NCBI GenBank assembly: GCA_031441465.1
Contig: JANOEP010000027.1
Span: forward strand, 10,264-74,263
Source: a bacterium
GTDB taxonomy: Bacteria > Krumholzibacteriota > Krumholzibacteriia > LZORAL124-64-63
Length of the DNA: 64,000 nucleotides
Reading direction: 5' to 3'
Of the stretch, positions 8,262-19,677 are shown piece by piece. The notes beneath the pieces are model-generated. The model did no database searches. It worked only from the letters and a program-made list of their open reading frames with translations, and had not been told where the DNA came from. The position numbers and the translations under genes are program-made. Positions within the stretch are counted from its first letter, which is position 1, and every line of letters starts with the position of its first letter.

Positions 8262-9671
8262 TCAGTGACCGGACACCCCCAAGACATCGTGGAGCGCCTC
8301 CTGGAGGCCTTCGCTGAGTGTGGGGTGCGGGTGCACGACCCGGCTCCAGACCGCCAATCCCCCCCCGAACCCCAGAGCGGTGGCGGCGGCGGCGATCAGG
8401 TCCGTGGCGTGGGGCCCAACCATGTGGACGCCGAGGACCCTGTCGCCGGATCCTTCGGCAACCACCTTCACGAAGCCATGCAATTCATTGAGGATGGAGG
8501 CTTTGCCGAGAGCGGACATCGGGAAGCGCCCCACGCGGACCTCGTGGCCTCGGGCACGGGCCTCCTCTTCCGTCAGGCCGACGGAAGCGACCTCGGGAGA
8601 ACAGTAGGTGCAGGAGGGGATGAGATCGAGATCGAGCGGCGTCACCGCCAGCCCCGCGGCGTGTCCGGCGGCGACCAGCGCCTGGGCGCTGGCGGTGTGG
8701 GCCAGTTGGGGCGCCAGCGTGATGTCGCCGATGGCGTAGACGCCCGGCGCCGCCGTCAGCTGGAAAGCGTCGGTCTGGACGAAGCCGCGCCGGTCCACGA
8801 CGGCACCGGCTTCGGCCAAGCCGAGGCCCTCGGTGACCGGCCGGCGGCCGACCGCCAGCAGCAGGTGCGAGGCCGTGCGCACCGCCGACTCGCCGGTCGC
8901 GAGGTTCTTGAGTTCGACCTCCACGAGGTCGCCGGCGCGTTCGACCCGCACGGCGCGGTGGCCGCAGAGCACGCCGATCTTGCGGCGGACCAGCGCCTGC
9001 TCGATCTCGCGCGAACAATCGGCGTCTTCCAGCGGCAGGACCCGCGGCAGCATCTCCACCAGCGTCACCACACCGCCGAAGGCCGCGACGACATCGGCGA
9101 ACTCGACGCCGACCGCACCGGCGCCCAGCACGATCAGGGACGGCGGCACGGCCGGGATCTCGAGCAGGTGGTCGCTGGTCAGGATCCGCTCGCCGTCGGG
9201 CTGCACCCCGGGGACGGCGCTGGCCGCCGAACCGGTGGCGACGATGATCTTCGGCGCCAGCAGGACTGCCGGGGATTCGCCGACCCGCTCCACGACCACG
9301 CGGCCGGGGCCGTCGAGGCGGCCGCGGCCGCGCACGACCTCGACGCCGGCGTCGTCCAGCAGCGCGGCGACACCGAGAGCGCCCTTGCGCACGACCGTCT
9401 CCTTGCGCTTCTGGACCTTCGTCCAGTCGAAGCCGGCGGCGGTAACATCCACGCCGAAGGTCTTCGCTCCCTTGCGGCACAATTCCCAGGTGCGCGCCGA
9501 CTGCAGCAGCGCCTTGGTCGGGATGCAACCGCGCAGCAGGCAGGTGCCGCCGAGCCGCTCGTCCTTCTCGACCAGGACGGTGCGCAGCCCGAGTCGGGCG
9601 CCGCGCGCGGCGGCCACGTAGCCGCCCGGCCCGGCGCCGATCACGACAAGGTCGCAGGATCGTTCGCTCAT
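8262..9671 (-). CDS. lpdA: dihydrolipoyl dehydrogenase
   Basis: IGAGPGGY, GGTCLLRGCIPTK redox disulfide, GAGAVGVE, HPHPTLSE. Confidence 0.95.
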   Translation of the reverse strand: MSERSCDLVVIGAGPGGYVAAARGARLGLRTVLVEKDERLGGTCLLRGCIPTKALLQSARTWELCRKGAKTFGVDVTAAGFDWTKVQKRKETVVRKGALGVAALLDDAGVEVVRGRGRLDGPGRVVVERVGESPAVLLAPKIIVATGSAASAVPGVQPDGERILTSDHLLEIPAVPPSLIVLGAGAVGVEFADVVAAFGGVVTLVEMLPRVLPLEDADCSREIEQALVRRKIGVLCGHRAVRVERAGDLVEVELKNLATGESAVRTASHLLLAVGRRPVTEGLGLAEAGAVVDRRGFVQTDAFQLTAAPGVYAIGDITLAPQLAHTASAQALVAAGHAAGLAVTPLDLDLIPSCTYCSPEVASVGLTEEEARARGHEVRVGRFPMSALGKASILNELHGFVKVVAEGSGDRVLGVHMVGPHATDLIAAAATALGFGGGLAVWSRVVHPHPTLSEGLQEALHDVLGVSGH

Positions 9672-9868
9672 GGTCTTCTCCCGGGGATGTCGTCCGCGGC
9701 GGAGCCGGCGGGGCCGCGCCGCGTCCATCATAGGAGCCGGCCGGCGGGAACGCCAGCCGCGACGCGGGCCGGCGCCGCCCCCTCTCCGGCGTTGACGAAA
9801 CGGGTCGCGCAGGTTCTGATGGGCCAGGCTCGCCACGGCGGCGGACCGCTCACGACAGGAGAAACGCC

Positions 9869-11212
9869 ATGTCCGACACCACCGCCTCGGCGGCCCCGGG
9901 ACGCTTCCACCCGGCCGGACGTCCGTACCGGCTGATCGTGCTGGGCTTCGCCAGCCTGCTGACCTTCGGCAGCTACTTCGCCTACGACATCATCGGGGCC
10001 CTGGCGCCCTCGCTGGTGAAGGATCTGGGCGCCTCGCGCAGCATCATCGGCGGCTTCTACACCGCGTACAGCGTGGCGGCGATCCTGGCGGTGTTCGCCA
10101 GCGGATTCCTCATCGACCGTCTGGGCACGCGCCGCTCGAGCATGATCTTCTCGGTCCTGGTGCTGTGCGGCGCGCTCGTGGTGGCCTCGGCCAAGACGAT
10201 CCCGATGGTCTTCGTCGGACGCTTCATTTTCGGGGCCGGCGCCGAACCGCTGGTCGTCGCCCAGAGCGCCATCCTCGCCCGCTGGTTCCGCAACAAGGAG
10301 ATCGCCCTGGCCTTCGGCATCTCCCTGACGGTCTCGCGCCTGGGCACGCTGTTCGCGTTCAACACCGGCGAATTGATCGCCCAGACCTTCGGCGGTTACC
10401 GGGCCGGCCTGGTCGCGGCCGCGATCTTCTGCTGCGTCTCGCTGCTGGGCAACATCGTCTACGTGATCCTGGACCGCCGCGGCGAGCGCCACCTGCCCCA
10501 CCTCCAGGAAACCGGCGCCGAGGACAAGATCACCCTCTCGCACATCCTGAAGCTCAGCCCCAGCTTCTGGTACGTGACGCTGCTCTGCCTGACCTTCTAC
10601 TCCGCGGTGTTCCCCTTCACGGCCCTGAGCACCGACTTCTTCGTCGACAAGTGGGGCGTGCAGCGCGTGGCCGAGGCGAGCGGGGGTTTCCTCGCCAACG
10701 TCTTCACCAGCTTCCTGCACATGTTCGAGACCGCCGGCGGGCTCTCCTCGATCATCATCTTCGCCTCGATGATCTGCGCACCGTTCGCCGGCCTGCTGGT
10801 CGACCGGGTGGGGCGGCGGGCGACGATGATGCTGGTGGGCTCGATCCTGATGATCCCGGCCTACCTGCTGCTCGGATTGACCGACATCTACCCGGTGCTG
10901 CCGATGCTCGTGCTGGGCGCCGCCTTCGTGCTGGTCCCGGCGGCGATGTGGCCGGCGATCCCGATGGTGGTCAAGGCCGAGCACACGGGCACCGCCTTCG
11001 GCCTCTGCACCGCGATCCAGAACATCGGTTTGGCCATCTTCCCCTTACTGAACGGGTGGCTGCGCGACGCCACCCAGGGCTACAGCGCCAGCATGCTGAT
11101 GTTCGCCGGGCTCGGCGTCGTGGGGTTCGTCTTCGCGCTGCTGCTGAAACGCGCCGACCGCGCCGGCGGCAGCGTGCTGGAGCACAAGCCGCGCCGCGAG
11201 GCCGGGGTTTGA
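9869..11212 (+). CDS. MFS transporter (MFSD1-like)
   Basis: About 12 TM helices, motif A GFLIDRLGTRR and GLLVDRVGRR, FGSYFAYD in helix 1. Confidence 0.88.
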   Translation: MSDTTASAAPGRFHPAGRPYRLIVLGFASLLTFGSYFAYDIIGALAPSLVKDLGASRSIIGGFYTAYSVAAILAVFASGFLIDRLGTRRSSMIFSVLVLCGALVVASAKTIPMVFVGRFIFGAGAEPLVVAQSAILARWFRNKEIALAFGISLTVSRLGTLFAFNTGELIAQTFGGYRAGLVAAAIFCCVSLLGNIVYVILDRRGERHLPHLQETGAEDKITLSHILKLSPSFWYVTLLCLTFYSAVFPFTALSTDFFVDKWGVQRVAEASGGFLANVFTSFLHMFETAGGLSSIIIFASMICAPFAGLLVDRVGRRATMMLVGSILMIPAYLLLGLTDIYPVLPMLVLGAAFVLVPAAMWPAIPMVVKAEHTGTAFGLCTAIQNIGLAIFPLLNGWLRDATQGYSASMLMFAGLGVVGFVFALLLKRADRAGGSVLEHKPRREAGV

Positions 11213-11306
11213 CGCCCATGCGGACGCCGCCTATCATACCGACGCCCGCCGCGCGGGCCCGGCGCCGCATTCGGCGGCCGCCGATGCACGAGAGCCTGGA
11301 GGCCCC

Positions 11307-12089
11307 ATGAAGATCGCCGTTTGCGTGAAGCAGGTCCCCGATTCGGAGACGCGGATCGCCCTGGCCGCCCCGGGCCCGGTGCTCGATCGGTCCGGCTTCA
11401 CCCGCGTGTTGAACCCCTACGACGCCTACGCCGTCGAGGAGGCGGTCCGCATCAAGGAGCGCCTGGGCGCCGATTGCGAGATCACCGCCGTGACGATCGG
11501 CCCCGACCGCGCCGTCGAGACGCTGAAGAAGGACTGCCTCGCGGTGGGCTGCGACCGTGCGATCCGGGTGAACGAGCCCGCGCTGGAAAACGCCGAACCG
11601 CTGCAGACGGCGAAGGTGCTCGCGGCGGTGCTGCGGCGGGGCGGCTACGACCTGATCCTGACCGGCAAGCAGGCCATCGACGACGACAGCGCCCAGGTGG
11701 GCCCGATGCTCGCCGAGCTGCTGGATTGCGCACAGGCGACGGTGGTGACGAAGCTGGAACTGGACGAGGGAACCTTCACCGCCACCTGCGAGATCGAGGG
11801 CGGCGCCGCCATCGTCCAGGGCACCTTGCCCGCGGTCGTCACCTGCCAGAAGGGCCTGAACGAGCCGCGCCTGCCCAGTCTGCCAAACATCATGAAGGCC
11901 GGACTGAAGCCGCAGGAAACCCTGACCTGCGCCGATCTGGGTCTCGAGATCCCCGCAGCCCGCTCCCGGGTCACGACGTACACCCCGCCCCCGCCGCGCG
12001 CCGCGTGCCGGATGGTCGCCGCCGACGATCCCGCCGCCGCCGCCCGGGAACTGGCGCGCCTGCTGCGCGACGAAGCCAAGGTCATCTGA
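11307..12089 (+). CDS. etfB: electron transfer flavoprotein beta subunit
   Basis: MKIAVCVKQVPD, NPYDAYAVEEA, GKQAIDDD, LNEPRLPSL. Confidence 0.95.
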   Translation: MKIAVCVKQVPDSETRIALAAPGPVLDRSGFTRVLNPYDAYAVEEAVRIKERLGADCEITAVTIGPDRAVETLKKDCLAVGCDRAIRVNEPALENAEPLQTAKVLAAVLRRGGYDLILTGKQAIDDDSAQVGPMLAELLDCAQATVVTKLELDEGTFTATCEIEGGAAIVQGTLPAVVTCQKGLNEPRLPSLPNIMKAGLKPQETLTCADLGLEIPAARSRVTTYTPPPPRAACRMVAADDPAAAARELARLLRDEAKVI

Positions 12090-12102
12090 CGGGAGACTGG
12101 AC

Positions 12103-13080
12103 ATGCCGAACATCGCCGTTTTCATCGAGCAGAGCGGGGGAACCGCCAAGAAGGTCGCCTGGCAGATGACGGCCGAGGCGCGCCGCCTCGTCGACCGGAC
12201 GGGCGGCGAGGTCTGGGCCGTCATCCTGGGAGACGCCGCCGCGGCCGTCGACGCCGGTCGCCACGGCGCCCACCGCGTCTTCGTCGCCGAAGGCGACGCC
12301 TTCGCCCGTTACAACTCCGAGACGTGGACCAGGGCCCTGGCCTCCTTCGTCGCGTCCCGCCACCCCGACCTCCTGCTGGTGGGCGCGACCGCGATGGGCA
12401 AGGACTTCGCACCCCGACTGGCGGCGCGGCTGGACGCGGCCTGTGTGAGCGACTGCGTCGGTCTGGCGTTCGACGGGGGCTTCTCGCTGCGCCGACCGAT
12501 CTTTGCCGGCAAGTGCTACACCGAGACGGCGATCGACGCGCCGGTGGCGGTGGTCGGCGTGCGGCCGAACGCCTTCCCCCTGCTCGTGGACGGCGACGCC
12601 GGCCAGGGACGGGACGCGACCACCGAGAGCTTCGACCCCGGCCTGGACGGCTTCGTGCCGCACGCCGCAATCGTCGAGACGCGGACTTCGGCGGAGAAGA
12701 AGATCGAGCTGACCGAGGCGGAGGTCATCGTCTCGGGCGGCCGCGGGCTCAAGGAAGCCGCCAACTACCGGCTGATCGAGGAGCTGGCGGCGGCCATGGG
12801 CGCCGCGGCGGGCGCCAGCCGCGCCATCGTCGACGCGGGCTGGGTGCCCCACTCCCACCAGGTCGGCCAGACCGGCAAAACCGTCAGCCCCAAGCTCTAC
12901 GTGGCGGTGGGAATCAGCGGCGCGATCCAGCACCTCGCGGGCATGAGTTCCTCGAAGTGCATCGTGGCGATCAACAAGGACCCCAACGCCCCGATCTTCA
13001 AGGCCGCCGATTACGGCATCGCGGCCGATCTGTTCGAGGTCGTGCCGGCGCTGCGGGCCGCGATCCAGGCCCTGGACTGA
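12103..13080 (+). CDS. etfA: electron transfer flavoprotein alpha subunit
   Basis: [45 protein letters not shown]. Confidence 0.96.
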   Translation: MPNIAVFIEQSGGTAKKVAWQMTAEARRLVDRTGGEVWAVILGDAAAAVDAGRHGAHRVFVAEGDAFARYNSETWTRALASFVASRHPDLLLVGATAMGKDFAPRLAARLDAACVSDCVGLAFDGGFSLRRPIFAGKCYTETAIDAPVAVVGVRPNAFPLLVDGDAGQGRDATTESFDPGLDGFVPHAAIVETRTSAEKKIELTEAEVIVSGGRGLKEAANYRLIEELAAAMGAAAGASRAIVDAGWVPHSHQVGQTGKTVSPKLYVAVGISGAIQHLAGMSSSKCIVAINKDPNAPIFKAADYGIAADLFEVVPALRAAIQALD

Positions 13081-13120
13081 CGAGGGCCCGACACCGCCGC
13101 GATCGTGCACCACCATGCAG

Positions 13121-13155
13121 AGGGGCTCCGCCGCGGCGGAGCCCCTGTTTCGTTT
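13121..13155 (+). terminator. intrinsic terminator after etfA
   Basis: Perfect 26-bp palindrome AGGGGCTCCGCCGCGGCGGAGCCCCT followed by GTTTCGTTT. Confidence 0.75.
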
Positions 13156-13176
13156 CCCGTCTGTCGTCCGGAGCGA

Positions 13177-14673
13177 TCAGCCCGCGATCGCGTTGCGCAC
13201 GGGCCGCAGACCGACGTTGATCACGCCGGCGGCGGGGTACATGGCGGTGCGGCGGGCGCTGCGGCAGCCGTGGGCCGGGCTCGAGTAGGTGCCGCCGCGG
13301 GTGACCCGCAGCATGCCGTCGCCGACGACCAGGGGATCGGTCGCCGGTCCCGGGGCGTACGGAGCGGAGACGTCCTGGCACCATTCGGCCAGATTGCCGT
13401 GCATGTCGTAGAGGCCCCAGGCGCTGGGCAGCTTCTGCTCCACGCGCATGACCACGGGCATGCAACTCCAGCCGATCAGGTCGAGGTTCGGGTCGACGCA
13501 CTCCGGATTCAGCAACGGCCCGTTGGCGAAGGCCGTGGTCGAGCCCGCCCGGCAGAGGTATTCCCACTCGGCTTCGGTGGGCAGCCGGTAGCCCTGCGTG
13601 TCGACCTGATTCCCGGCGGCGAGCGTCCAGGTGGCGTGATCGTAGGCGCGCGGGAGCCCCTGACGCAGGTTGCGCCAGTCGCAATAGGCGGCCGCGCCGT
13701 ACCAGTTGACGCCGCCGATGGGGTAGGTCGCGAAGTCGGCGTTCAGGATCCGGAACGAGTCCGCCAGGGCGGAGAACGACAGCGTCGTGGCGTTGAGGTT
13801 CAGCAACTCGGTCTCGGAACCGTCGAGGTTGTCGTACACGTGGTAACCCAGGACTTCGTCGATGGTCAGCGTGTCGACGCGGCAATGCCCCTGATGGTAG
13901 GCCCAGTTCAACTGCGTGCGGAACGCCTCGCGCGTGATCTCGCTTCTGGCGGCGAAGAGGCCGCGGGACAGGGTGACCTGGCGTTGGCTTTCTTCCGCGC
14001 GACGGCCCCATTCGCCCTCGGGGCTGCCCATGGTGAACGCGCCGTCGGGCACGAACCGGTACCCGGTCGGCGCCGGCAGGTCCTGGCGGTAGACGCCCGC
14101 GAAGGTCGTGACGCCTCCGAAAACTTCCAGCGTCTGAGGGGTGAGGACGGGCAGCCACCAGCCGCTGCGCGTCTCCCACGCCAGCGTGTACACGCCGGAG
14201 TCGAGAGCGTCGAGGGTCAGGTCCCCCGCACCGGTCAGCCGGTAACCGTCGGGCCCGTTCAGAACCCAGGCCGAACCGGCATCGTCGGGGGTGGCGTCGA
14301 TCATGATCGTGCTCGGCAGGTTCTCCCGGTAGAGACCGGCGAATTCCAAGCTGCCGCCGGCTTCGAGCTTGAGGGTCACCGTCGTCGGGGACGGGCGGAC
14401 CCAGCCCGCGACGGCGCCCCAGGTCAGCGTGTAGTTGCCCAGGGATTGCGACGTGAACGTGCGCGCCCCGGTCCCGCTCTCGTTGAAACCGCCGGGGCCG
14501 CGCAGCGTCCAGGAGATGCCGAGGGTCGTCGGGCCCGGGGTGACGACCACGGTGCCGGACGTGGGGGGAGCGGTGGACGAGCCGCCGTCGTCTTCGCCGC
14601 AGCCCGCGCCGAAGGCCAGGGTGGCGGCGAGCGCGGCGCAGGCGAGGATCGGGTGTCGCTGCTGGAACATCAT
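13177..14673 (-). CDS. lipoprotein with two beta-sandwich (PEGA-like) repeats and a formylglycine-generating-enzyme-like (FGE-sulfatase) domain
   Basis: Lipobox FGAG-C; FTMGSP, YRLPTEAEWEYLCRAG, WGLYDMHGNLAEW, RVTRGG, VGLRPVR. Confidence 0.88.
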   Translation of the reverse strand: MMFQQRHPILACAALAATLAFGAGCGEDDGGSSTAPPTSGTVVVTPGPTTLGISWTLRGPGGFNESGTGARTFTSQSLGNYTLTWGAVAGWVRPSPTTVTLKLEAGGSLEFAGLYRENLPSTIMIDATPDDAGSAWVLNGPDGYRLTGAGDLTLDALDSGVYTLAWETRSGWWLPVLTPQTLEVFGGVTTFAGVYRQDLPAPTGYRFVPDGAFTMGSPEGEWGRRAEESQRQVTLSRGLFAARSEITREAFRTQLNWAYHQGHCRVDTLTIDEVLGYHVYDNLDGSETELLNLNATTLSFSALADSFRILNADFATYPIGGVNWYGAAAYCDWRNLRQGLPRAYDHATWTLAAGNQVDTQGYRLPTEAEWEYLCRAGSTTAFANGPLLNPECVDPNLDLIGWSCMPVVMRVEQKLPSAWGLYDMHGNLAEWCQDVSAPYAPGPATDPLVVGDGMLRVTRGGTYSSPAHGCRSARRTAMYPAAGVINVGLRPVRNAIAG

Positions 14674-14795
14674 CGACCTCGGAGGGGTGGAGTGAGCGGA
14701 AGCGGCGGCGAACACCCATGCCGGACGGCGCGCGCCCCGTCTAATGTAGGGTCCGGCCTTCGCCAGCGTCAAGCGGGGAAGCGCCCCCTGCGGCC

Positions 14796-15842
14796 TCAGG
14801 CGCCCAATTGCCTCTGGGCGGCGGCCACCGCCGTCTGGGCCTCGTCGACCAGCTGCTGGAGGATCTCGCGCAGGGGCTGCGTGCGGGTCACCAGGCCGAC
14901 CGACTGGCCGGCCATGAGCGAACCGCGAACGACGTCGCCGTCCACCGCGCCCTCGCGCAGGGAACCGACCCAGTACTTCTCCACCTCGAATTGGGCGTCC
15001 TGGCGGGTCATTTCCCCCGCTTCCACCTGGCGCAGCAGGTCGAGCTGCAGCTCGCCGAATCGCTGCATCGCCGAATTGTTCAGGGCGCGCACCGCGACCA
15101 CCGGCAGCTTCGACGAGTACTGGGGCGTGGCGATCGCCTCGCGGGAGCGGGCCTTGATGAAGGCCTGCTTGAACGCCGGGTGTGCGAGGCACTCGTCGGC
15201 GACGACGAAGCGGGTGCCGAGCTGGGCGCCGGCCGCGCCCATCAGGCAGAGGTGCCCGATCATGCGGCCGTCCGCGATGCCGCCGGCGACGAAGATCGGC
15301 AACCGATCCGCGAACGGGAACAGGACCTCCTGCAACAGCACCGAGGTCGAAACGTGACCGATGTGGCCGCCCGCCTCGCTGCCCTCCAGGATGAGCGCGT
15401 CGGCCCCGTAGTCGATCATGCGTTCGGCGATGGAGCCCGCCGAGGCGAAGCAGATCACCTTCGCGCCGCTCGCGCGGGCCTGTTCGACCTCGCTCTGGCG
15501 CGGGATCGAACCGGCGAAGAAGATGTGGCTGAGATTCTTCTCGCAGCAGATGTCCAGGTGGGCCCGGTAGTTCGGCGCGATGACGATGATGTTGGCGCCG
15601 AAGGGCCGGTCGGTCAGGGCGCGGGTGCCGTCGATCGAGGCCGCGAAGAGTTCGGGAGGCATGTTGCCGCCGGCGAGCGAGGCGAAACCGCCCAGGTTGC
15701 TGAACGTCGCGACGAGGTGCGGGTCGGAGATCCAGGTCATGGCGCCGCACATGATCGGCACGTGGGAGCCGAAAAAGTCGGCGCCGCGTCGCCAAAGACG
15801 GTCCAGTAGGGGAGTCGTGCGCACGGGATCGTAGCCGGCCAT
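14796..15842 (-). CDS. nitronate monooxygenase / FabK-like enoyl reductase family flavoprotein
   Basis: PIMCGAMTWIS, EGSEAGGHIG, FVAGGIADG, GAQLGTRF, MAGQSVGLV; GGAGG RBS. Confidence 0.88.
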   Translation of the reverse strand: MAGYDPVRTTPLLDRLWRRGADFFGSHVPIMCGAMTWISDPHLVATFSNLGGFASLAGGNMPPELFAASIDGTRALTDRPFGANIIVIAPNYRAHLDICCEKNLSHIFFAGSIPRQSEVEQARASGAKVICFASAGSIAERMIDYGADALILEGSEAGGHIGHVSTSVLLQEVLFPFADRLPIFVAGGIADGRMIGHLCLMGAAGAQLGTRFVVADECLAHPAFKQAFIKARSREAIATPQYSSKLPVVAVRALNNSAMQRFGELQLDLLRQVEAGEMTRQDAQFEVEKYWVGSLREGAVDGDVVRGSLMAGQSVGLVTRTQPLREILQQLVDEAQTAVAAAQRQLGA

Positions 15843-15987
15843 CGTCGCCTCCATCGCTCGGGAATCCGCGTCGGCGTCCCGGCGGTCCGGGGCAGCCGAC
15901 GTCAACGATATCTTACCGCACATGTCTGGTTTGGCAAGTTCCGACGTCGGCGAGCGCGGTCCGACGAGGGCGGCGGGCCCGTCCGGC

Positions 15988-17997
15988 TCAATCCTCCAGC
16001 TGGCGTTCGATCATTTCGGCCAGGTCCAGGGCGCGCAGGGTCTCCTCGCGTCCGGTCTCCTTGATACCGTCGTCGATCATCGTCAGGCAGAACGGGCAGG
16101 CGGTGCAGACCTCCGCGGCCCCGGTGCCGGCCGCCTCGTCGACCCGGTTCTGGTTGATGCGCGTGCCCAGGGACTCCTCCATGAACATCCGGGCCCCGCC
16201 GGCGCCGCAGCAGAAGCCGTCGCGGCGGCTGCGGGCCATCTCGACGCGTTCGAGGCCCAGGGCGTCGACGAGGTCGCGAGGCGCGTCGTAGACGTCGTTG
16301 TGCCGGCCGAGGTAGCAGGAGTCGTGGTAGGTGACCCGCGCGCGCCCCCCCTCCTTCAGCCGCAGCCGCCCCTGCGTCACGAGGTCCTGCAGCAGCTCGG
16401 AATGGTGCAGCACACGCGACGCGGACCAGTCGAACTGGGGGTACTCGTTGCGGATCATGTTGAAGCAGTGCGGGCAGGCCGTGACCACAGCGCCGACGTC
16501 GTAGCGGGCGAACGTCTCGATGTTGCGCCGCGCCTGCGCCTGGAAAAGATACTCGTGACCGGCGCGGCGGGCCGGATCGCCGCAGCAGCCCTCTTCGGTG
16601 CCCAGCACGGCGTAGTCCACGCCGGCGCGGTTCAGCAGACGGCACACGGCGCGCAGGACGTCCTTGTTGCGCTCGTCGTAGGCGCCGGCGCATCCCACGA
16701 AGAGCAGGTAATCGGCGCGGCCCCGGTCGCGCAGACGCGGCACCGGCAGGTCGCCGATCCAGTCCTCTCGGGCGGCGGCGCCGACGTTCCAGGGGTTCGA
16801 ATTGTTTTCGAGGCCGCGCAGCGCCGACTGGAACTCCGGCGGCATGGCCGAGTCCATCATCATGCGGTGGCGGCGCAGGTCCACGATGTGGTCGACGTGC
16901 TCGATGGCGACCGGGCAGACCGTCTGGCAGTAGCCGCAGGTGGTGCAGCCCCACAGCACGTCGTCGGGGATCACGACGCCGGCGAGAGCCGGACGATCGA
17001 GCGCGGCCGAAACGGCGGCCGCCTCCGCGTCGCGTCCCTGGTGCTTCAGCTTGCCGACCTGGCGCAGGCCGTCGGCGACGGCCAGCAGGTGGTCGCGCTG
17101 GTCGGTGATGAGTTCCCGCGGGCGCAGCGGCTTGCCGGTGGTGGCCGTGGGGCAGTGCTCCGTGCAGCGCCCGCACTCGGTGCAGGAGTACATGTCCAGC
17201 AGGCGCCGCCAGGAGTAGTCTTCCAGCTTCCCGACGCCGAAGACCTCGCGGCCCTCGAAGTCCAGGCGCGCCGGCGCGCCCGGTGGCCCCAGTTTCATCG
17301 TGAACACGTTGGGCAGGGCCGTCAGCACGTGGAAGTGCTTGCCAAAGGGCAGAAAATTCAGGAACGCCAGCACCAGGACCAGGTGCGACCAGAACAGCCA
17401 GTCCAGCCACGCCCGCGCGTCCGACGCCGGGACGCCCGCGAACAGACCCGACAGCGCGGTGCCCACGAAGGACCAACCGGCCTCGGGGTGGTCCGGCCGC
17501 AGGGCGAACAGGACCGCGTCGCCGAGCAGGTCGGTGACCATCAGCGCGGCGATCCAGGCCAGGATCAGCACGCCCTCGGCGCTGAAGTGCAGGCGCCGGG
17601 GCCGCAGCACCAGCCGGCGCCAGGCCGCGAAGCCCACGGCGGCCAGCACCACCAACTCGAACACGTCCTTCAACGCCGCGTAGGCCCCGCCGAGCGGGCC
17701 GTCGAAGCCCGGCAACTGGAAGTCGGGGCTGAAACCGCGGCCGCACAGCGTGATCGTGCGCAGGGACACCACCAGGAAGCCCGAAAAGATGCCCACGTGC
17801 ATCCAGCCCGCGCCCCGCTCGTAGAGCAGCCGCCGTTGGCCGAAGCCGATGGCGAACAGACGCCGCAGGCGCTCGCCAACGCGGTCGCGGCGGTTGTCGG
17901 GCGCGGCGGCCCGCAGCAGCCAGGCCCGGTCCGCGATGGTGTTCGCGAACATGGCCAGCGCCGCCAACAGCAGCACGAAAGTCAGTACGGGGTTCAT
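15988..17997 (-). CDS. membrane-bound Fe-S oxidoreductase, FadF / ETF:menaquinone oxidoreductase type
   Basis: N-terminal TM region with His residues (WMHVGIF, WSHLVL, GKHFH), two CxxCxxCxxxCP clusters, two CCG domains. Confidence 0.88.
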   Translation of the reverse strand: MNPVLTFVLLLAALAMFANTIADRAWLLRAAAPDNRRDRVGERLRRLFAIGFGQRRLLYERGAGWMHVGIFSGFLVVSLRTITLCGRGFSPDFQLPGFDGPLGGAYAALKDVFELVVLAAVGFAAWRRLVLRPRRLHFSAEGVLILAWIAALMVTDLLGDAVLFALRPDHPEAGWSFVGTALSGLFAGVPASDARAWLDWLFWSHLVLVLAFLNFLPFGKHFHVLTALPNVFTMKLGPPGAPARLDFEGREVFGVGKLEDYSWRRLLDMYSCTECGRCTEHCPTATTGKPLRPRELITDQRDHLLAVADGLRQVGKLKHQGRDAEAAAVSAALDRPALAGVVIPDDVLWGCTTCGYCQTVCPVAIEHVDHIVDLRRHRMMMDSAMPPEFQSALRGLENNSNPWNVGAAAREDWIGDLPVPRLRDRGRADYLLFVGCAGAYDERNKDVLRAVCRLLNRAGVDYAVLGTEEGCCGDPARRAGHEYLFQAQARRNIETFARYDVGAVVTACPHCFNMIRNEYPQFDWSASRVLHHSELLQDLVTQGRLRLKEGGRARVTYHDSCYLGRHNDVYDAPRDLVDALGLERVEMARSRRDGFCCGAGGARMFMEESLGTRINQNRVDEAAGTGAAEVCTACPFCLTMIDDGIKETGREETLRALDLAEMIERQLED

Positions 17998-18234
17998 GGC
18001 CGTCCTCGCGGATCGGGATTCGTGACGTCGCGGCGAAGATAGCAACCGCGGTCGGGTCGGGGTATCGAAATCCGCAAGCGCGCCCGCCACCCTGGGGGTG
18101 GACACCGGGGACGGTCCTCGGTACATTCTGCGGGTTCCGCGACGACGTCGTTGGGGCGCCGGGAGCGAGTCCCGGTTTTCCTGGCGGGATCCGCGTTTTC
18201 GACTGCGGATTCCGGCATATCCGGAGGGACGTCC

Positions 18235-18675
18235 ATGGACCACAACCGCACCGACGACTTCGACCCCACTCCCGGTGACGACGCCGTCCGGAAGCTCCTG
18301 CTCGGCATGCGCCGGGTGGCCGTGGTCGGCATCTCCGAGAATCCCGAGCGGGCCAGCCACGGCATCGCCCGCTTCCTGATCGGCAAGGGTCTCGAGGTCG
18401 TGGGCGTCAACCCCCAACTGCGGGAAGTGCTGGGCGTGCCCGTCTACCTCTCGCTGGCCGACGTGCCCGGGACGATCGACGTGGTCGACGTCTTCCGCCG
18501 CAGCGAAGCCGTCCCCTCCATCGTGGACGAGGCCATCGCCGCCGGCGCGCGCGCCGTCTGGCTGCAGGAGGGCGTGGTCCACGCCGAGGCGTCCCGCAAG
18601 GCGATCGCCGCGGGACTCGTGGTCGTCGCGAACCGTTGCATCTACAAGGAATGGCTGCGCCTGGCCAACGCTTGA
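18235..18675 (+). CDS. CoA-binding protein (YccU-like)
   Basis: [35 protein letters not shown]. Confidence 0.9.
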   Translation: MDHNRTDDFDPTPGDDAVRKLLLGMRRVAVVGISENPERASHGIARFLIGKGLEVVGVNPQLREVLGVPVYLSLADVPGTIDVVDVFRRSEAVPSIVDEAIAAGARAVWLQEGVVHAEASRKAIAAGLVVVANRCIYKEWLRLANA

Positions 18676-18708
18676 GTCCAGGCCGGGAGGGATCGCGGAG
18701 GTGCCTCG

Positions 18709-19677
18709 ATGAAGAAAGTGCTGATCACGGGCGTGACCGGGTTCGTCGGCTCCCATCTGGCGGAGCACCTGCTCGCCGAGGGCGGCCACGAGGTTCACGG
18801 CCTGAAACGCTGGCGGAGCCGGCTGGACAACATCGCCCATTTCGAGGACCGGCTCGTCCTGCACGACGGCGACATCACCGACGCGCGCAGCCTGCGCGAG
18901 GTGGTGGCCGCCGTCGCCCCCGACCAGGTCTACCACCTCGCGGCCCAGTCCTACGTGCCGGCGAGCTGGCGGGAGCCGGACTCCACGCTGACGACCAACG
19001 TGCGCGGGCAGCTGAACCTGTTCGAGGCCGTGCTGCAGGCGGGCCGGCCCTGCAGGATCCAGATCGCCGGCAGCAGCGAGGAATACGGCCTGGTCCACCC
19101 CGGCGAGCTGCCCATCACCGAGGACAACCCGTTGCGCCCGCTCAGCCCGTACGCGGTGAGCAAGGTGACCCAGGACCTGCTGGCTTGGCAGTACCACCGC
19201 AGCCACGGGCTGGACGTGGTGCGCACCCGCGGCTTCAACCACACCGGCCCGCGGCGCGGCGAAGTCTTCGTCAGCAGCGATTTCGCCCGACAGATCGCGC
19301 TGATCGAAGCGGGCCGGCGCGCACCCGTGATCCACGTCGGCAACCTCGAAGCCAGCCGCGACTTCACCGACGTGCGCGACATGGTGCGCGCCTACCGTCT
19401 CGCCCTCGAGCTGGGCGAATCCGGCGCCGTGTACAACGTCTGCTCGGGCGTCGCGGTGACCATCCGCGAACTGCTGGACCGGTTGTTGGCGATGTCACGC
19501 GTCTCGGTCCGCGTGGAACAGGATCCCGCCCGCATGCGCCCGTCCGACGTGCTGGTCCTGGCCGGGTCGGCGGCCCGCTTCCGCGACCGCACGGGCTGGG
19601 AGCCGGTCATCCCCTTCGAGCGGACCCTCGCCGACCTGCTCGACTACTGGCGTACCCGGATCGGCGCGGGCGCCTGA
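18709..19677 (+). CDS. GDP-mannose 4,6-dehydratase / Rmd-like extended SDR
   Basis: [51 protein letters not shown]. Confidence 0.88.
   Translation: MKKVLITGVTGFVGSHLAEHLLAEGGHEVHGLKRWRSRLDNIAHFEDRLVLHDGDITDARSLREVVAAVAPDQVYHLAAQSYVPASWREPDSTLTTNVRGQLNLFEAVLQAGRPCRIQIAGSSEEYGLVHPGELPITEDNPLRPLSPYAVSKVTQDLLAWQYHRSHGLDVVRTRGFNHTGPRRGEVFVSSDFARQIALIEAGRRAPVIHVGNLEASRDFTDVRDMVRAYRLALELGESGAVYNVCSGVAVTIRELLDRLLAMSRVSVRVEQDPARMRPSDVLVLAGSAARFRDRTGWEPVIPFERTLADLLDYWRTRIGAGA

Noticed and set aside
13177-13500. FGE/C-type-lectin C-terminus as a possible diversity-generating retroelement target
   Set aside because: No reverse transcriptase and no template-repeat copy of this segment seen in the window.
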